In this document: one piece after another, positions 28,113-37,577 of the stretch
Numbering within the stretch: position 1 is the stretch's first letter
Layout: each line of letters starts with the position of its first letter
Source of the DNA: an uncultured bacterium
Lineage (GTDB): Bacteria; Macinerneyibacteriota; Macinerneyibacteria; Macinerneyibacteriales; DSCS01
NCBI GenBank assembly: GCA_964548195.1
Contig: CAZJQC010000002.1
Location: 107,315-171,314, forward strand
Length of the DNA stretch: 64,000 nt
Direction of reading: 5' to 3'
The notes under the pieces: generated by a model
Seen by the model: only the letters and a program-made list of their open reading frames with translations
The model's database searches: none
Told to the model about the DNA's origin: nothing
Translations under genes and position numbers: made by a program

Positions 28113-28148
28113 GCGGCAATTATAACAGAATGTTGACTTTTGTTCAAT

Positions 28149-28775
28149 TCATATTAACGGATGAGGCTCGCCGGCCTGCCCGGCCTTTTTTTCCAGCAGC
28201 GTCATGATCCGTTCGTACGGACGAAAAAAGCGGCGCAGCATCCAGCGCAACAGGGACGACGCGGTAAGTGTCAGTACCGCAATGATCAAACCGGCGACTG
28301 TCGTGTACAACGCTTCCGCTATGCCGCCGGTCAAAAGTTCCTGCTTGTTAAGACTAAAGGCTCCAAGCGCGTCAAATGATTTTATAATGCCCGTTATGGT
28401 CCCCAATATACCCACAAGCGGCGCGACGGTGACTATGTAATCCAACACGCCAAGGCGTTGCACAGCGTTATCCCAGACCTTTTCCGCCTCCTGCCTTACC
28501 GCCTCGACCGACACCGGGTCATAACCGTTGAGATTATCGCTCAGTATTCGTGAAAAGAAACCTTTTTCCCGAATGTCCCTGATATCCTCATCATTCTCCA
28601 GCCGCTCAAGATAGACCTCCGGAGACGGTCTTCCGTTTCGCAGATAAAGAGCGATGATTATGATAGATCTTTCGATGATCACGGCAAGTGAAAGAAAAGA
28701 CAGCAGTAGAAGGGGAATACCCCATACTCCGCTGGTCTTCAAAAAAGCATATATACCCATTTCTATCAGGGTCAC
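28149..28775 (-). CDS. MotA/TolQ/ExbB proton-channel family protein
   Basis: 208 aa; three TM helices; conserved TolQ/ExbB C-terminal helix pair (GILGTITGII ... AEALYTTVAGL). Confidence 0.75.
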   Translation of the reverse strand: MTLIEMGIYAFLKTSGVWGIPLLLLSFLSLAVIIERSIIIIALYLRNGRPSPEVYLERLENDEDIRDIREKGFFSRILSDNLNGYDPVSVEAVRQEAEKVWDNAVQRLGVLDYIVTVAPLVGILGTITGIIKSFDALGAFSLNKQELLTGGIAEALYTTVAGLIIAVLTLTASSLLRWMLRRFFRPYERIMTLLEKKAGQAGEPHPLI

Positions 28776-30697
28776 TTGACCCTTGCGCCTTCAATTCCGC
28801 TGATATATCTGTCGATGGTCATCAAAGTCAGGCCGCCTCCAGCAGACGCCGCCAGCAGCATGCCGCATGACTCTATACCCATCAACTTCCTCGGTTTAAG
28901 ATTATAGACAACCGCCACATATTTGCCTATCAGTTCTTCCCTGCCGTAGAATTTCTTTATGCCCGCGGCGATAGTCCTTTGTTCCCCGCCCAGGGACACA
29001 GTCAGTTTATACAACTTTTCCGCGCCCGGTATTTCCTCCGCATCCAGTATTTTTGCTATGCGAAGCTCGACGTTTTCAAACTCCGAAAACTCTATTACAT
29101 TTTCGGAAGCCCCGACGCCGGCCTTTGCCGGGGCGGCGGCTATATCCGGAGCCTCGTCTTCCTTTCTGGGAAAAAGCACATCCGCCTTTTTGACAGCCGA
29201 ACCGGCCTTGGTCAGTCCCCATTTCATACCGGCGAAACCGTCCTTCACGGCATGGTCGTAGTCGACGCCGATCTGACCCATTATTTTTTTCGAGGTATCC
29301 TCCATAAACGGGTTTACGGCCAAAGCGATCAGCCTTATGGACTCCGCAAGATTGTACAGTACCGATGAAAGCCGCTCGTCATCGCCGTTTTTACCCAACT
29401 TCCATGGTTCGGACTCATCTATATACTTGTTTGTCCTTCTTATAAATTTCCAGATGGTCTCCAGCGCTTCCGTGAAATCAAGTCTGTCGACATGGCTGTC
29501 CACCTCGCCGAACAATGCCGCGCCCATTTCAATCAGGTCGGTGTCATATGCCGTGTCTTTTCCTGAATGAACCGGTATAATACCGCCACGATATTTGATT
29601 ATCATCTGTATCGTACGGCTTATCAGATTGCCAAGGTCATTGGCAAGGTCATAATTATACCGTTTCTTCAAATTTTCATTTGAAAAATCCCCGTCACGCC
29701 CGAATTTGATGTCCCTGAGCATATAATACTTTAAAGCGTCTATGGAATATTCTTCCGCCACGGCCACGGGATCTATGGCGTTACCCTTCGATTTTGATAT
29801 TTTCTCTCCGTCGACAGTAAGCCAGCCATGGGCGAATACCTTTTCCGGAAGGGGTATTCCCGCCGCCATAAGCATCGCAGGCCATATTATTGAATGGAAC
29901 CAGTTGATCTCTTTTCCTATGAAATGGACATCAGCCGGCCAATATTTTTTAAAATCCGAATCATCCTCCCTGCCGTAACCGAGAGCTGTTATATAATTCA
30001 GCAGCGCGTCAAACCACACATAGATCACGTGTTTGTCGTCACCGGGCATGGGGATGCCCCAAGGGAAGGAGCTTCGGCTCACACTCAGGTCTTCAAGGCG
30101 GCCGTTCTTAAGCCTGTTCAGCATCTCGTTTTTCCTGAACTCCGGCTCTACAAAGGCCTTATGGCTGTCATAATATTCGATCAGCCTGTCCTGGTACTCA
30201 GACAATCTGAAAAAGTAGTTTTCTTCCTTTATCCATTCGACTTCGCGGCCGCATTCCGGGCATCGGTTGCCGTTTCCCAGCTCTTTTTCCGTGTAATACC
30301 GTTCATCTTGTATGCAATACCAGCCTTCATAATATCCTTTGTAAATGTCGCCTTTGTCCATCAGCAGTTTGAAAAACTTCCTGACGGATTCCTCATGTTC
30401 TTTATCCGTAGTCCTTATAAACCGGTCATATTTTATACCAAGTTTTGCCCATATATCGATAAACTTGGCGCTTACCTCGTCGACAAACTCCTTCGTGTCC
30501 CGTCCAAGATTTCGCGCGGTCTCATAGATCTTCAATCCATGCTCGTCCGTTCCCGTAAGAAAAAAGACATCGTATCCGCACATGCGCTTGTATTTGGCCA
30601 GGCAGTCCGCGACTATGGTCGTATATGCCGAACCCACGTGAGGAGTGCTGTTGACATAATAAAGGGGCGTCGTTATGTAATATTTTTTATCTCCCAT
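28772..30697 (-). CDS. metG: methionine--tRNA ligase with C-terminal tRNA-binding domain
   Basis: Class I aaRS catalytic core with KISKSKGN (KMSKS) and Zn-knuckle region; start ATG 30697 after GGAGG. Confidence 0.9.
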   Translation of the reverse strand: MGDKKYYITTPLYYVNSTPHVGSAYTTIVADCLAKYKRMCGYDVFFLTGTDEHGLKIYETARNLGRDTKEFVDEVSAKFIDIWAKLGIKYDRFIRTTDKEHEESVRKFFKLLMDKGDIYKGYYEGWYCIQDERYYTEKELGNGNRCPECGREVEWIKEENYFFRLSEYQDRLIEYYDSHKAFVEPEFRKNEMLNRLKNGRLEDLSVSRSSFPWGIPMPGDDKHVIYVWFDALLNYITALGYGREDDSDFKKYWPADVHFIGKEINWFHSIIWPAMLMAAGIPLPEKVFAHGWLTVDGEKISKSKGNAIDPVAVAEEYSIDALKYYMLRDIKFGRDGDFSNENLKKRYNYDLANDLGNLISRTIQMIIKYRGGIIPVHSGKDTAYDTDLIEMGAALFGEVDSHVDRLDFTEALETIWKFIRRTNKYIDESEPWKLGKNGDDERLSSVLYNLAESIRLIALAVNPFMEDTSKKIMGQIGVDYDHAVKDGFAGMKWGLTKAGSAVKKADVLFPRKEDEAPDIAAAPAKAGVGASENVIEFSEFENVELRIAKILDAEEIPGAEKLYKLTVSLGGEQRTIAAGIKKFYGREELIGKYVAVVYNLKPRKLMGIESCGMLLAASAGGGLTLMTIDRYISGIEGARVK

Positions 30698-31562
30698 GTT
30701 TCTCCTCCGGTTTTTCGTCTTTGACCTCATCGGCATCATCTTTGGCCGCATCACTGTTTGCATCAATGGAAGTCAGTTCATCCAACTGCCAGAAACTTTC
30801 TTCGCCAGAATCAAGATGGACCGAGACCTGACGGCTGAAAATATTTATCCCTTTCACCCTGCCTTTGCCGGAAGGCGTCATTATCGCCGTATCGACCTCC
30901 GGAAACTCCTCCGTAAGGGCTTTATATACTTCCTCTTCATATCTCAGACAGCACATCAGCCTGCCGCACACCCCCGACATCTTATTCGGGTTAAGAGAGA
31001 GATATTGAGCCTTTGACATTTTTATGGATATGCTGTCAAACTCTCTGAGCCAGGTGGAACAGCAAAGGTTTCTGCCGCATATGCCGACGCCGCCCATTTT
31101 TTTCGCCATGTCCCTCACGCCGATCTGTCTCAGTTCAATACGTGTCCTGAATATTTTGGCCAGATCCTTGACCAAAGCCCTGAAATCCACCCTGCCCTCG
31201 GCCGAGAAAAAAAACATGAGATATCCCTTGTTAAACGCGTACTGCGCCTCGATCAGTTTCATCGGCAGGCCGTGCTCCCTGATCTTTTCGCCGCATATGC
31301 GCAATGCTTCTTTTTCCTCTTCCTTCAACGCTTTTATCGTTACTTCATCTTCAGGGGTAAGTTTTCTCAACACTTCCTTGAGAGGCAACACAATATCTTC
31401 CAAAGGCACAGATTTATTCACCGACATGATCTTGCCCACGACCTGACCTTTTTCCGTGTCCACGATCACTTTGTCGCCGGGAGAAAGCCCTTCTTCACAC
31501 GGTTTAAAATAATATATCTTGCCGGCATCATAGAACTGTACCGCCACTACCTCTATCATCAA
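30687..31562 (-). CDS. ricT: PSP1/RicT (YaaT-like) family protein
   Basis: PSP1 C-terminal domain with Cys pairs (CCSTWL, VCGRLMCC). Confidence 0.8.
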   Translation of the reverse strand: MMIEVVAVQFYDAGKIYYFKPCEEGLSPGDKVIVDTEKGQVVGKIMSVNKSVPLEDIVLPLKEVLRKLTPEDEVTIKALKEEEKEALRICGEKIREHGLPMKLIEAQYAFNKGYLMFFFSAEGRVDFRALVKDLAKIFRTRIELRQIGVRDMAKKMGGVGICGRNLCCSTWLREFDSISIKMSKAQYLSLNPNKMSGVCGRLMCCLRYEEEVYKALTEEFPEVDTAIMTPSGKGRVKGINIFSRQVSVHLDSGEESFWQLDELTSIDANSDAAKDDADEVKDEKPEEKHGR

Positions 31563-32485
31563 ACATTCTCCTTACCGAAAAAATCGACTAACAAAGAAAC
31601 AGTCGTTAATTTCATATTGATATTTATTTTTTTGAGCGAAAATATTTCCGCCGTCTCTTCGACTATTATAGGAAAACGGCTGCTAAAATCAAGTTTATTG
31701 TACACCGTTTTATCATCAAGCCAAGTCATCTTCTCTTCCAGACCCATATTGTACAAGATCATGTCAAAACTGAAGGTCGACATCAGACACAAAAAAACAT
31801 CAAATCTCAGGGCGTTATCCTCTTTAGAACGGGCCGAAGACGGAAACAGCTTGTCCGCATAGTCTATGACCGCGCCGATGCGCGGAGAGGACAGTATCAA
31901 TGCGCGGAGACTCTCCGCGACCGCCCTCAATATCTTCAGCGCCCCCTCATCGGGGACGATGCCCCTGCATCTGTTGAAAAAACGGCCCTCATCAGCGCTC
32001 ACCGCGCCGCAAGATCGCTTAACATATTCGGAATAATCCTCCGCATCCGCCTCTGCAAGGCGGAAATACGCGCAACGTGACCTGATGGTGGGCAGAAGAG
32101 AATCATAATCAGAGGTCAGTAAAAAACAATATGAACTGCCCGCCGGCTCCTCAAGCGCTTTCAGCAGCGAATTTGACGCTTCCTCTGTCATGGTCTCAGC
32201 GTCATCCAGCACAAGGACGTTGGCTTTTCTTCCGTAAGGCGTCTTCTGCAGGTGGTCAGTCCCGTCTTTCACCGCATCGGCAGTCAGATTGCCCGATTCG
32301 TTTTTTTCGACATACATTATCCCGGAAACCATCTCGTCAGCGCCGTCCCTGTTGCCCGTCAATGAAGATGCCACGGCCATAGCCGTCTCACGTCTTGACT
32401 CCCGCGAAAGCGAGTGAAATATTATCGATGGGGGAAGCGCCCCGTTTCTGGCAGTTTCCTTGAGCTCGGAAGTCTTATATATCAT
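31559..32485 (-). CDS. holB: DNA polymerase III delta' subunit
   Basis: AAA+ clamp-loader fold with LVLDDAETMTEEASNSLLKALEEP and SRC motif (SRCAYFRL). Confidence 0.7.
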   Translation of the reverse strand: MIYKTSELKETARNGALPPSIIFHSLSRESRRETAMAVASSLTGNRDGADEMVSGIMYVEKNESGNLTADAVKDGTDHLQKTPYGRKANVLVLDDAETMTEEASNSLLKALEEPAGSSYCFLLTSDYDSLLPTIRSRCAYFRLAEADAEDYSEYVKRSCGAVSADEGRFFNRCRGIVPDEGALKILRAVAESLRALILSSPRIGAVIDYADKLFPSSARSKEDNALRFDVFLCLMSTFSFDMILYNMGLEEKMTWLDDKTVYNKLDFSSRFPIIVEETAEIFSLKKININMKLTTVSLLVDFFGKENV

Positions 32486-33099
32486 ATTTTAGAATCCAAT
32501 GTCTTTCTGACCCTTGCGAAGACTGCGGATATGTCAAGCGCGTCGATCTCTATGGGTATCACGCGTTTATGCGCTTTCTTTGCTATTATCCGGTATCCGG
32601 TCTCGACCAGGCGGTGAAAATACTCGCCCTCGCTGTGAAACCTGTCTCTGTCCGTCTCACGTTCAAGCCCGCTGTTGACATCAAGAAAAAACATGAATGT
32701 CAGGTCCGGCGACAGCCCGTCCGCCGCCCACTCGTTCAGGCGCATCACTTCGTCCATCCCCATCCCTCTTGCATAACCCTGATAAGCCGCCGTAGCATCG
32801 GAAAACCTGTCGCACAAGACTATTTTGCCGGCATCAAGGGCCGGTATGATAACATCCGAGACATGCTGCGCGCGCGCAGCAAGATAAAGCAGCAGCTCCG
32901 TCTTCGGGACCATGCCGTTAACATCTCCGCCCAGCAGCAGCTCCCTTATCCGTTCCGACAATAACGTGCCTCCCGGCTCCCGCGTCATCACCGTCTCATA
33001 TCCTTTGTCGTTCAGATATTCGCCCGCGAGCTTCATCTGTGTCGATTTTCCGCTGCCTTCGCCGCCTTCGAATGTGATAAACATCCCCTGTACGCCCAT
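32482..33099 (-). CDS. tmk: thymidylate kinase
   Basis: P-loop FITFEGGEGSGKSTQ and DRF motif; start set to ATG 33099, 8 nt after GGAGGAAGG. Confidence 0.85.
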   Translation of the reverse strand: MGVQGMFITFEGGEGSGKSTQMKLAGEYLNDKGYETVMTREPGGTLLSERIRELLLGGDVNGMVPKTELLLYLAARAQHVSDVIIPALDAGKIVLCDRFSDATAAYQGYARGMGMDEVMRLNEWAADGLSPDLTFMFFLDVNSGLERETDRDRFHSEGEYFHRLVETGYRIIAKKAHKRVIPIEIDALDISAVFARVRKTLDSKI

Positions 33100-33122
33100 T
33101 GTGTCCGCCTTCCTCCATATTG

Positions 33123-34508
33123 TCACGGAATATCATCAAAATGCACTTTGCCTGAATAGATGTCCTTTCTGTCAAAATAATCCCTTACAGTCTCAAATGA
33201 CACGGCCGGAGAGAATGGCAAAACGCCGTGATACATCCTTTTACCGTTTATCACAATAGTGATTTCTTTGCTTATGTCAAGCACAAGGGGGTCAATATAC
33301 ACAGTAAGCGCGGTCACGTTTTCAGCCGTCACATCGATGGTGTTTCCATCAATGACGCCGCGCACCCTTCCGGACGGGCCGTTATAGCTGAACATCTTGC
33401 GATTGAGCCCGACATTCCCTTCTTTGTCCCTGGAAATAAAATACTTGTTGTATGTCTTCTCCGGGCCGCCGTCTCCCACTCCGTCTATTCTAAGCCAGCG
33501 GTATCTTCGGCCTCCCGTGCCTGCGCCTCCGTACTCCCAGATGACGGGGGACGAAGCCGCGGGACGCGGGTTGTCTTTTATAAACTCCACGGAACGTTTC
33601 ACTATGCCGCCGATATCAGAGACCATATGCCTCTCGCCTTCAAGCGTCACGACCTCCGTCTCCGCGCCGGCCTCCGTCAAGACCGGGAGCAGCCTTTTCA
33701 TCTCATCGGGGGGGTACATCTCATCCTCCCCGGACATAAAGATCATGAGGCGCCGGTTTGAAAGGTTTACGGGGTAGAGATCCACGGCTCCGTTTTCCCC
33801 GCCGACCGCGGGATGGCCGTTTATCACCACTGATCCGCCGAATCCGATGGCGGAAAACATGGACAATGCGTATACGCCGGAACCGCCGTCCGAGTACCCC
33901 ATCAGGTGGACCCGGTCGTCATCTATGTTAAAACGCGTCTTCATGATCTTTATCAGGGCGGTCACGTCTGTCATCCCCGTGTAATCCCACCAGGCGGCTT
34001 TTATATCCCCAGCCGGCAACAACAGTACATATCCGGTTTCTGATGCCACACGTAAAGGAAGGCCCCCCTGTGTCAGCCTTTCAGCAGTATCTGAAGCGGC
34101 CTTGTCCGAAAGCCCTCCGTGCAGATACACGATCATGCCTGCGGGATATTCCGGGTCATAATCATCCGGGATCTTTATGAAATAAGGCCTGATCTCCCCG
34201 TCAACACATCGCAGATTCCCCCGTATGACAGAACCGGGCTCATAGATATCTTCAAACCGGGCGCCTTCAAGCATATGCCGCTGCGCATCACAGTCGGAGG
34301 CATTTAAAAAAGCCCGTTTCTCACCGTCCGCACCCCCAAAAAGCCCGGCAGCGTAAAAATCAGAGGCGGATAAGGCGGCAATTAAATAGAAAAAAAAGAA
34401 AAACAACACCCCGGCTTTCCTCAAATTGTCTCCCCATCTCCGCCGACGTCTCCAAACATATGAGAAAAACCGGCCATGTTCATTGCCATTTATACCCTCC
34501 CCGGGCAT
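33123..34508 (-). CDS. alpha/beta-hydrolase (esterase/peptidase-like), probably exported
   Basis: N-terminal hydrophobic segment; GxSxG nucleophile elbow LMGYSDGG; 461 aa. Confidence 0.6.
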   Translation of the reverse strand: MPGEGINGNEHGRFFSYVWRRRRRWGDNLRKAGVLFFFFFYLIAALSASDFYAAGLFGGADGEKRAFLNASDCDAQRHMLEGARFEDIYEPGSVIRGNLRCVDGEIRPYFIKIPDDYDPEYPAGMIVYLHGGLSDKAASDTAERLTQGGLPLRVASETGYVLLLPAGDIKAAWWDYTGMTDVTALIKIMKTRFNIDDDRVHLMGYSDGGSGVYALSMFSAIGFGGSVVINGHPAVGGENGAVDLYPVNLSNRRLMIFMSGEDEMYPPDEMKRLLPVLTEAGAETEVVTLEGERHMVSDIGGIVKRSVEFIKDNPRPAASSPVIWEYGGAGTGGRRYRWLRIDGVGDGGPEKTYNKYFISRDKEGNVGLNRKMFSYNGPSGRVRGVIDGNTIDVTAENVTALTVYIDPLVLDISKEITIVINGKRMYHGVLPFSPAVSFETVRDYFDRKDIYSGKVHFDDIP

Positions 34509-34515
34509 ATTATGG

Positions 34516-35658
34516 TCATCCTTTCGGCCCCTTTCCGAGAAAATGTGTCACATCCTTAAGTTTAGAGATTATATCTATTTTTTGAGGGCATTTTCCCAGG
34601 CAAGCCCCGCATTCGACACATCTGTCCGCGCGGTTATCACACTTGACAAATCGCTGATATTCTTCCGAGGCCTTCGCCCTGTCAGAAAACATGGAAAATT
34701 CATTCAAAAACCTGAACGACAACGGTATATTCACCCCTGACGGACAGGGCATGCAATATCCGCACGAGGTGCAGTCGACCATTATCCGTCGATGGTATTC
34801 CGCCCTGATGTCATCAAAGACACGAAGCTCTTTTGCACTCAATGGACGGGAGGCACTTTTCGAGGCGTATTCGATGTTTTCCGACACATGCTTCATCGAA
34901 CTCATGCCGCTCAAAAGGAGCGTCACTTCGGGATGGTCCCATACCCAGCTCAGCGCCCAGTCGACCACCGGCCGTTTTGTTTCCATGCTATCCCACATCC
35001 CCATTATGTCATCAGGGACGGTAGTGACCAGTTTGCCGCCGCGCAGAGGCTCCATAACGATCACGCCCATCCCTTTTGCAGCGGCGTAACGCAAGCCCGC
35101 CCGGCCCGCCTGGTACTCAGTATCAAGAAAATTATACTGTATCTGACAGAAAGACCAGTCGTAACCGTCCGCTATATCCTTAAAGACATCATATTCATCG
35201 TGAAAAGAGAAACCCACGGATCCGACCCGGCCGTCGGATTTAACCTTTTCAAGAAATGAAAAGAGGTCGTTCTTACGCAGATTATCCCAATGTTTTCTAT
35301 TGAGTGCGTGGACCAGATAATAATCTATACGCTCAGTCTTCAGCCGTTCAAGCTGTTTGTTGAGAAAGTCTTCCATGTCGTCGTGATCGTTTATAAGCCA
35401 GCTGGGCAGTTTTGTGGCGAGATTGACCTTCTCCCTGAGTCCCTTTGAAAGCACCTCGCCCACGAAAGGCTCGCTTTCACCATTATGATATGGCCATGCC
35501 GTATCTATGTAATTCACTCCGCGTTCCACGCCGTGACGTATCATGCGTTCGGACAAGTCCCTGTCGATCGCTCCGGATGAGTCAAGCGGGAACCGCATGC
35601 ATCCGAAGCCAAGTACCGAAAGGTCGTCTCCGGTATTCGGCATTTTTCTGTACTTCAT
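34516..35658 (-). CDS. aldo/keto reductase with C-terminal 4Fe-4S ferredoxin domain
   Basis: AKR motifs (NYIDTAWPY, LVHALNR) plus CTSCGYCMPCP and CVECGACLGKCP. Confidence 0.8.
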   Translation of the reverse strand: MKYRKMPNTGDDLSVLGFGCMRFPLDSSGAIDRDLSERMIRHGVERGVNYIDTAWPYHNGESEPFVGEVLSKGLREKVNLATKLPSWLINDHDDMEDFLNKQLERLKTERIDYYLVHALNRKHWDNLRKNDLFSFLEKVKSDGRVGSVGFSFHDEYDVFKDIADGYDWSFCQIQYNFLDTEYQAGRAGLRYAAAKGMGVIVMEPLRGGKLVTTVPDDIMGMWDSMETKRPVVDWALSWVWDHPEVTLLLSGMSSMKHVSENIEYASKSASRPLSAKELRVFDDIRAEYHRRIMVDCTSCGYCMPCPSGVNIPLSFRFLNEFSMFSDRAKASEEYQRFVKCDNRADRCVECGACLGKCPQKIDIISKLKDVTHFLGKGPKG

Positions 35659-35662
35659 GTCA

Positions 35663-36088
35663 TTACCCCTTTTCCTTCATTAAAAACGTCTCTATATCGC
35701 GTATGATCTGCCCGGCATCGCCGCCTGCGGCGGCCAATGTCTCCACGGGGCACGATCCGGTGCCCTGACGGTTCATGATCTTTTCCGTGATCTCGTCATA
35801 CGACACCGCTATTCCGGCGTCAGCCAGAAGTTTGACGGCCTCGACGGTCATCACACAGCCGTGCACCGCCCGGCATGAAGCAGCGGCAAAGAGTACCGCC
35901 GCCCCTTTGCCCACTATGGTGTCGGCCACCGAGGCATCGCCCGCGGCAGCGCCAAGCGAATAAAATTCAAAAGCGGGGCCGATGCCCCTGTCATGCGATA
36001 AAAACAATTCATCGCCGTCCTTCACGGCGGCAAAAGTCAGCCCCCGTTCCTTAAGGAGGGACACAGCGGCCAGTATATCCTTATCCAT
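35663..36088 (-). CDS. DUF1893 (TM1506-like) domain protein
   Basis: 141-aa soluble protein resembling the DUF1893 family from memory; 8-nt overlap with the upstream flavoprotein gene. Confidence 0.5.
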   Translation of the reverse strand: MDKDILAAVSLLKERGLTFAAVKDGDELFLSHDRGIGPAFEFYSLGAAAGDASVADTIVGKGAAVLFAAASCRAVHGCVMTVEAVKLLADAGIAVSYDEITEKIMNRQGTGSCPVETLAAAGGDAGQIIRDIETFLMKEKG

Positions 36089-36674
36089 TGCCGATCCTTT
36101 TCAACAGCCACAGCATGTTCTCTCCAAGGGTCCTCATCGTGCGCATGCCCTCTTCGTCCTTGAGCACATCGCCGGGGTGTGACCCGATGCCGATGTTCCA
36201 GTAACTGGAGCTTACAATATAAGACCCCGATATCTGAAAAAAATGATTCATCGTGTCGAATGCGTGTATGGCTCCGCCCCTTCGCACGGCCACAACCGAA
36301 GCGCCGGCCTTGCGCGCTATCATATTGCCGTTCGCCCGGACGACATTCCCCGCTCTGTCTATGAAAGCCTTCATCTCCGCGGGGACGTCCGCAAAATAAG
36401 TGGGCGCTCCAAGTATTATGCCGTCCGCGACTTTCATACGCTGAACGGCGTCATTCAACATGTCGTCATCGAAGACGCAACGCTCGTCCATACGCGCCGC
36501 GCACGCGCCGCAACCCGTGCAGCCCCGCAAGATGCCGCCGCCTATATGCATTATCTCACAAGACACGCCGCCGGCCTCAAGGGGCTCAAGCACCCTTTTG
36601 AGCAGGTCACAGGTGTTTCCGGACTTCCTCGCGCTGGAATTGATCGCTATGACTCTCAAACAACCTCCATCCAT
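36081..36674 (-). CDS. iron-sulfur flavoprotein (Isf-like NADPH-dependent FMN reductase/flavodoxin fold)
   Basis: Compact 4Fe-4S motif CTGCGACAARMDERC near the N-terminus plus flavodoxin-like fold. Confidence 0.7.
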   Translation of the reverse strand: MDGGCLRVIAINSSARKSGNTCDLLKRVLEPLEAGGVSCEIMHIGGGILRGCTGCGACAARMDERCVFDDDMLNDAVQRMKVADGIILGAPTYFADVPAEMKAFIDRAGNVVRANGNMIARKAGASVVAVRRGGAIHAFDTMNHFFQISGSYIVSSSYWNIGIGSHPGDVLKDEEGMRTMRTLGENMLWLLKRIGNG

Positions 36675-36961
36675 CCATTGTATAAACCGATAAATAATAT
36701 TATTTTTTAATAATTAAACTACCCTATATACCACATATTTAACAACTTAAAAATATCACGCAGCGAGCAATCAACATTTCATCATTTTCCGCAAAATCGG
36801 GTTCTTATTCTATTTGTCATTATACATCTTGGCAGTGCTCTTTTCAACAGTATATTCAGCCACCGGTTCAACGCTCAGAATAGCCGGCTTATCCAAATTT
36901 CTATTATTTATAAAATAAAAGCTGCGATTGATATTATGCCTGATAAGTATATAGCTAAAAA

Positions 36962-37456
36962 ATGAGATGCAAATTTTTTAAATCACACGAGAATGAAGGA
37001 TTTGATTTTAGAAAGTTGCGAACATATAAATGCATATTTAACTTGTTTATTCTGGTTTTAATATTCAGCATTTTATATCCTGTATATGAAAAAAATGTTA
37101 TTATTACTACTCAAAACTTTATTACTTTATTGCTTATAGTACTACCAGTTTTATTAACAATTCATATTTCAATAAAACTGCTATTTATCCCAATGTTGAG
37201 TAATCACAATAATAAAAAAACAACTTATACAGTTAGTTCACTGAACGATTCATTTTCAATGATTATTGTCGTTATTGCTTTTGCAATTTACTATGTTTTT
37301 TTAGACAGGAAACCTGCTGCTGTAGAGTTTGACAAATTATTTTTTTCGCGATTATTGCTCTTATTACCATACCTTTCTATTACATCCTTCATAACCTTGA
37401 TGATTTTATTTATTCCGCCAAGAAACCACCCCGTAAACCGCCTGCGCAGTAATTAG
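36962..37456 (+). CDS. hypothetical small membrane protein encoded in an AT-rich island
   Basis: 164-aa ORF with four hydrophobic segments in a region of visibly low GC; could be an AT-bias artefact. Confidence 0.3.
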   Translation: MRCKFFKSHENEGFDFRKLRTYKCIFNLFILVLIFSILYPVYEKNVIITTQNFITLLLIVLPVLLTIHISIKLLFIPMLSNHNNKKTTYTVSSLNDSFSMIIVVIAFAIYYVFLDRKPAAVEFDKLFFSRLLLLLPYLSITSFITLMILFIPPRNHPVNRLRSN

Positions 37457-37577
37457 GGCAACTTTTGCACACTTTCAAATATATAAGGAGTTTTTTAGTC
37501 TTGTTTATTGATGTTTGGCAGACTTATACTATATTTATATTGATACTTCATGCAGGCGTTCATTGGAGGTGACTGAA

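Noticed and set aside
27827-28147. Alternative 106-aa ORF overlapping the small membrane protein gene in another frame.
   Set aside because: It is Cys/Trp/Arg-rich with no hydrophobic pattern. The co-located 105-aa frame gives a coherent three-TM protein, so only that one is kept.
28149-28775. The MotA/ExbB-like protein as Zorya ZorA.
   Set aside because: It is only 208 aa (ZorA has a long C-terminal tail), and there are no ZorB/C/D-like genes. It is embedded between metG and thpR.
36962-37456. Confident calling of the AT-rich-island ORF as a real gene.
   Set aside because: It is not fully rejected, but in DNA this AT-rich long ORFs arise easily (stop codons are AT-rich yet absent here, which is mildly supportive). 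It is kept only as a low-confidence feature pending a conservation check.
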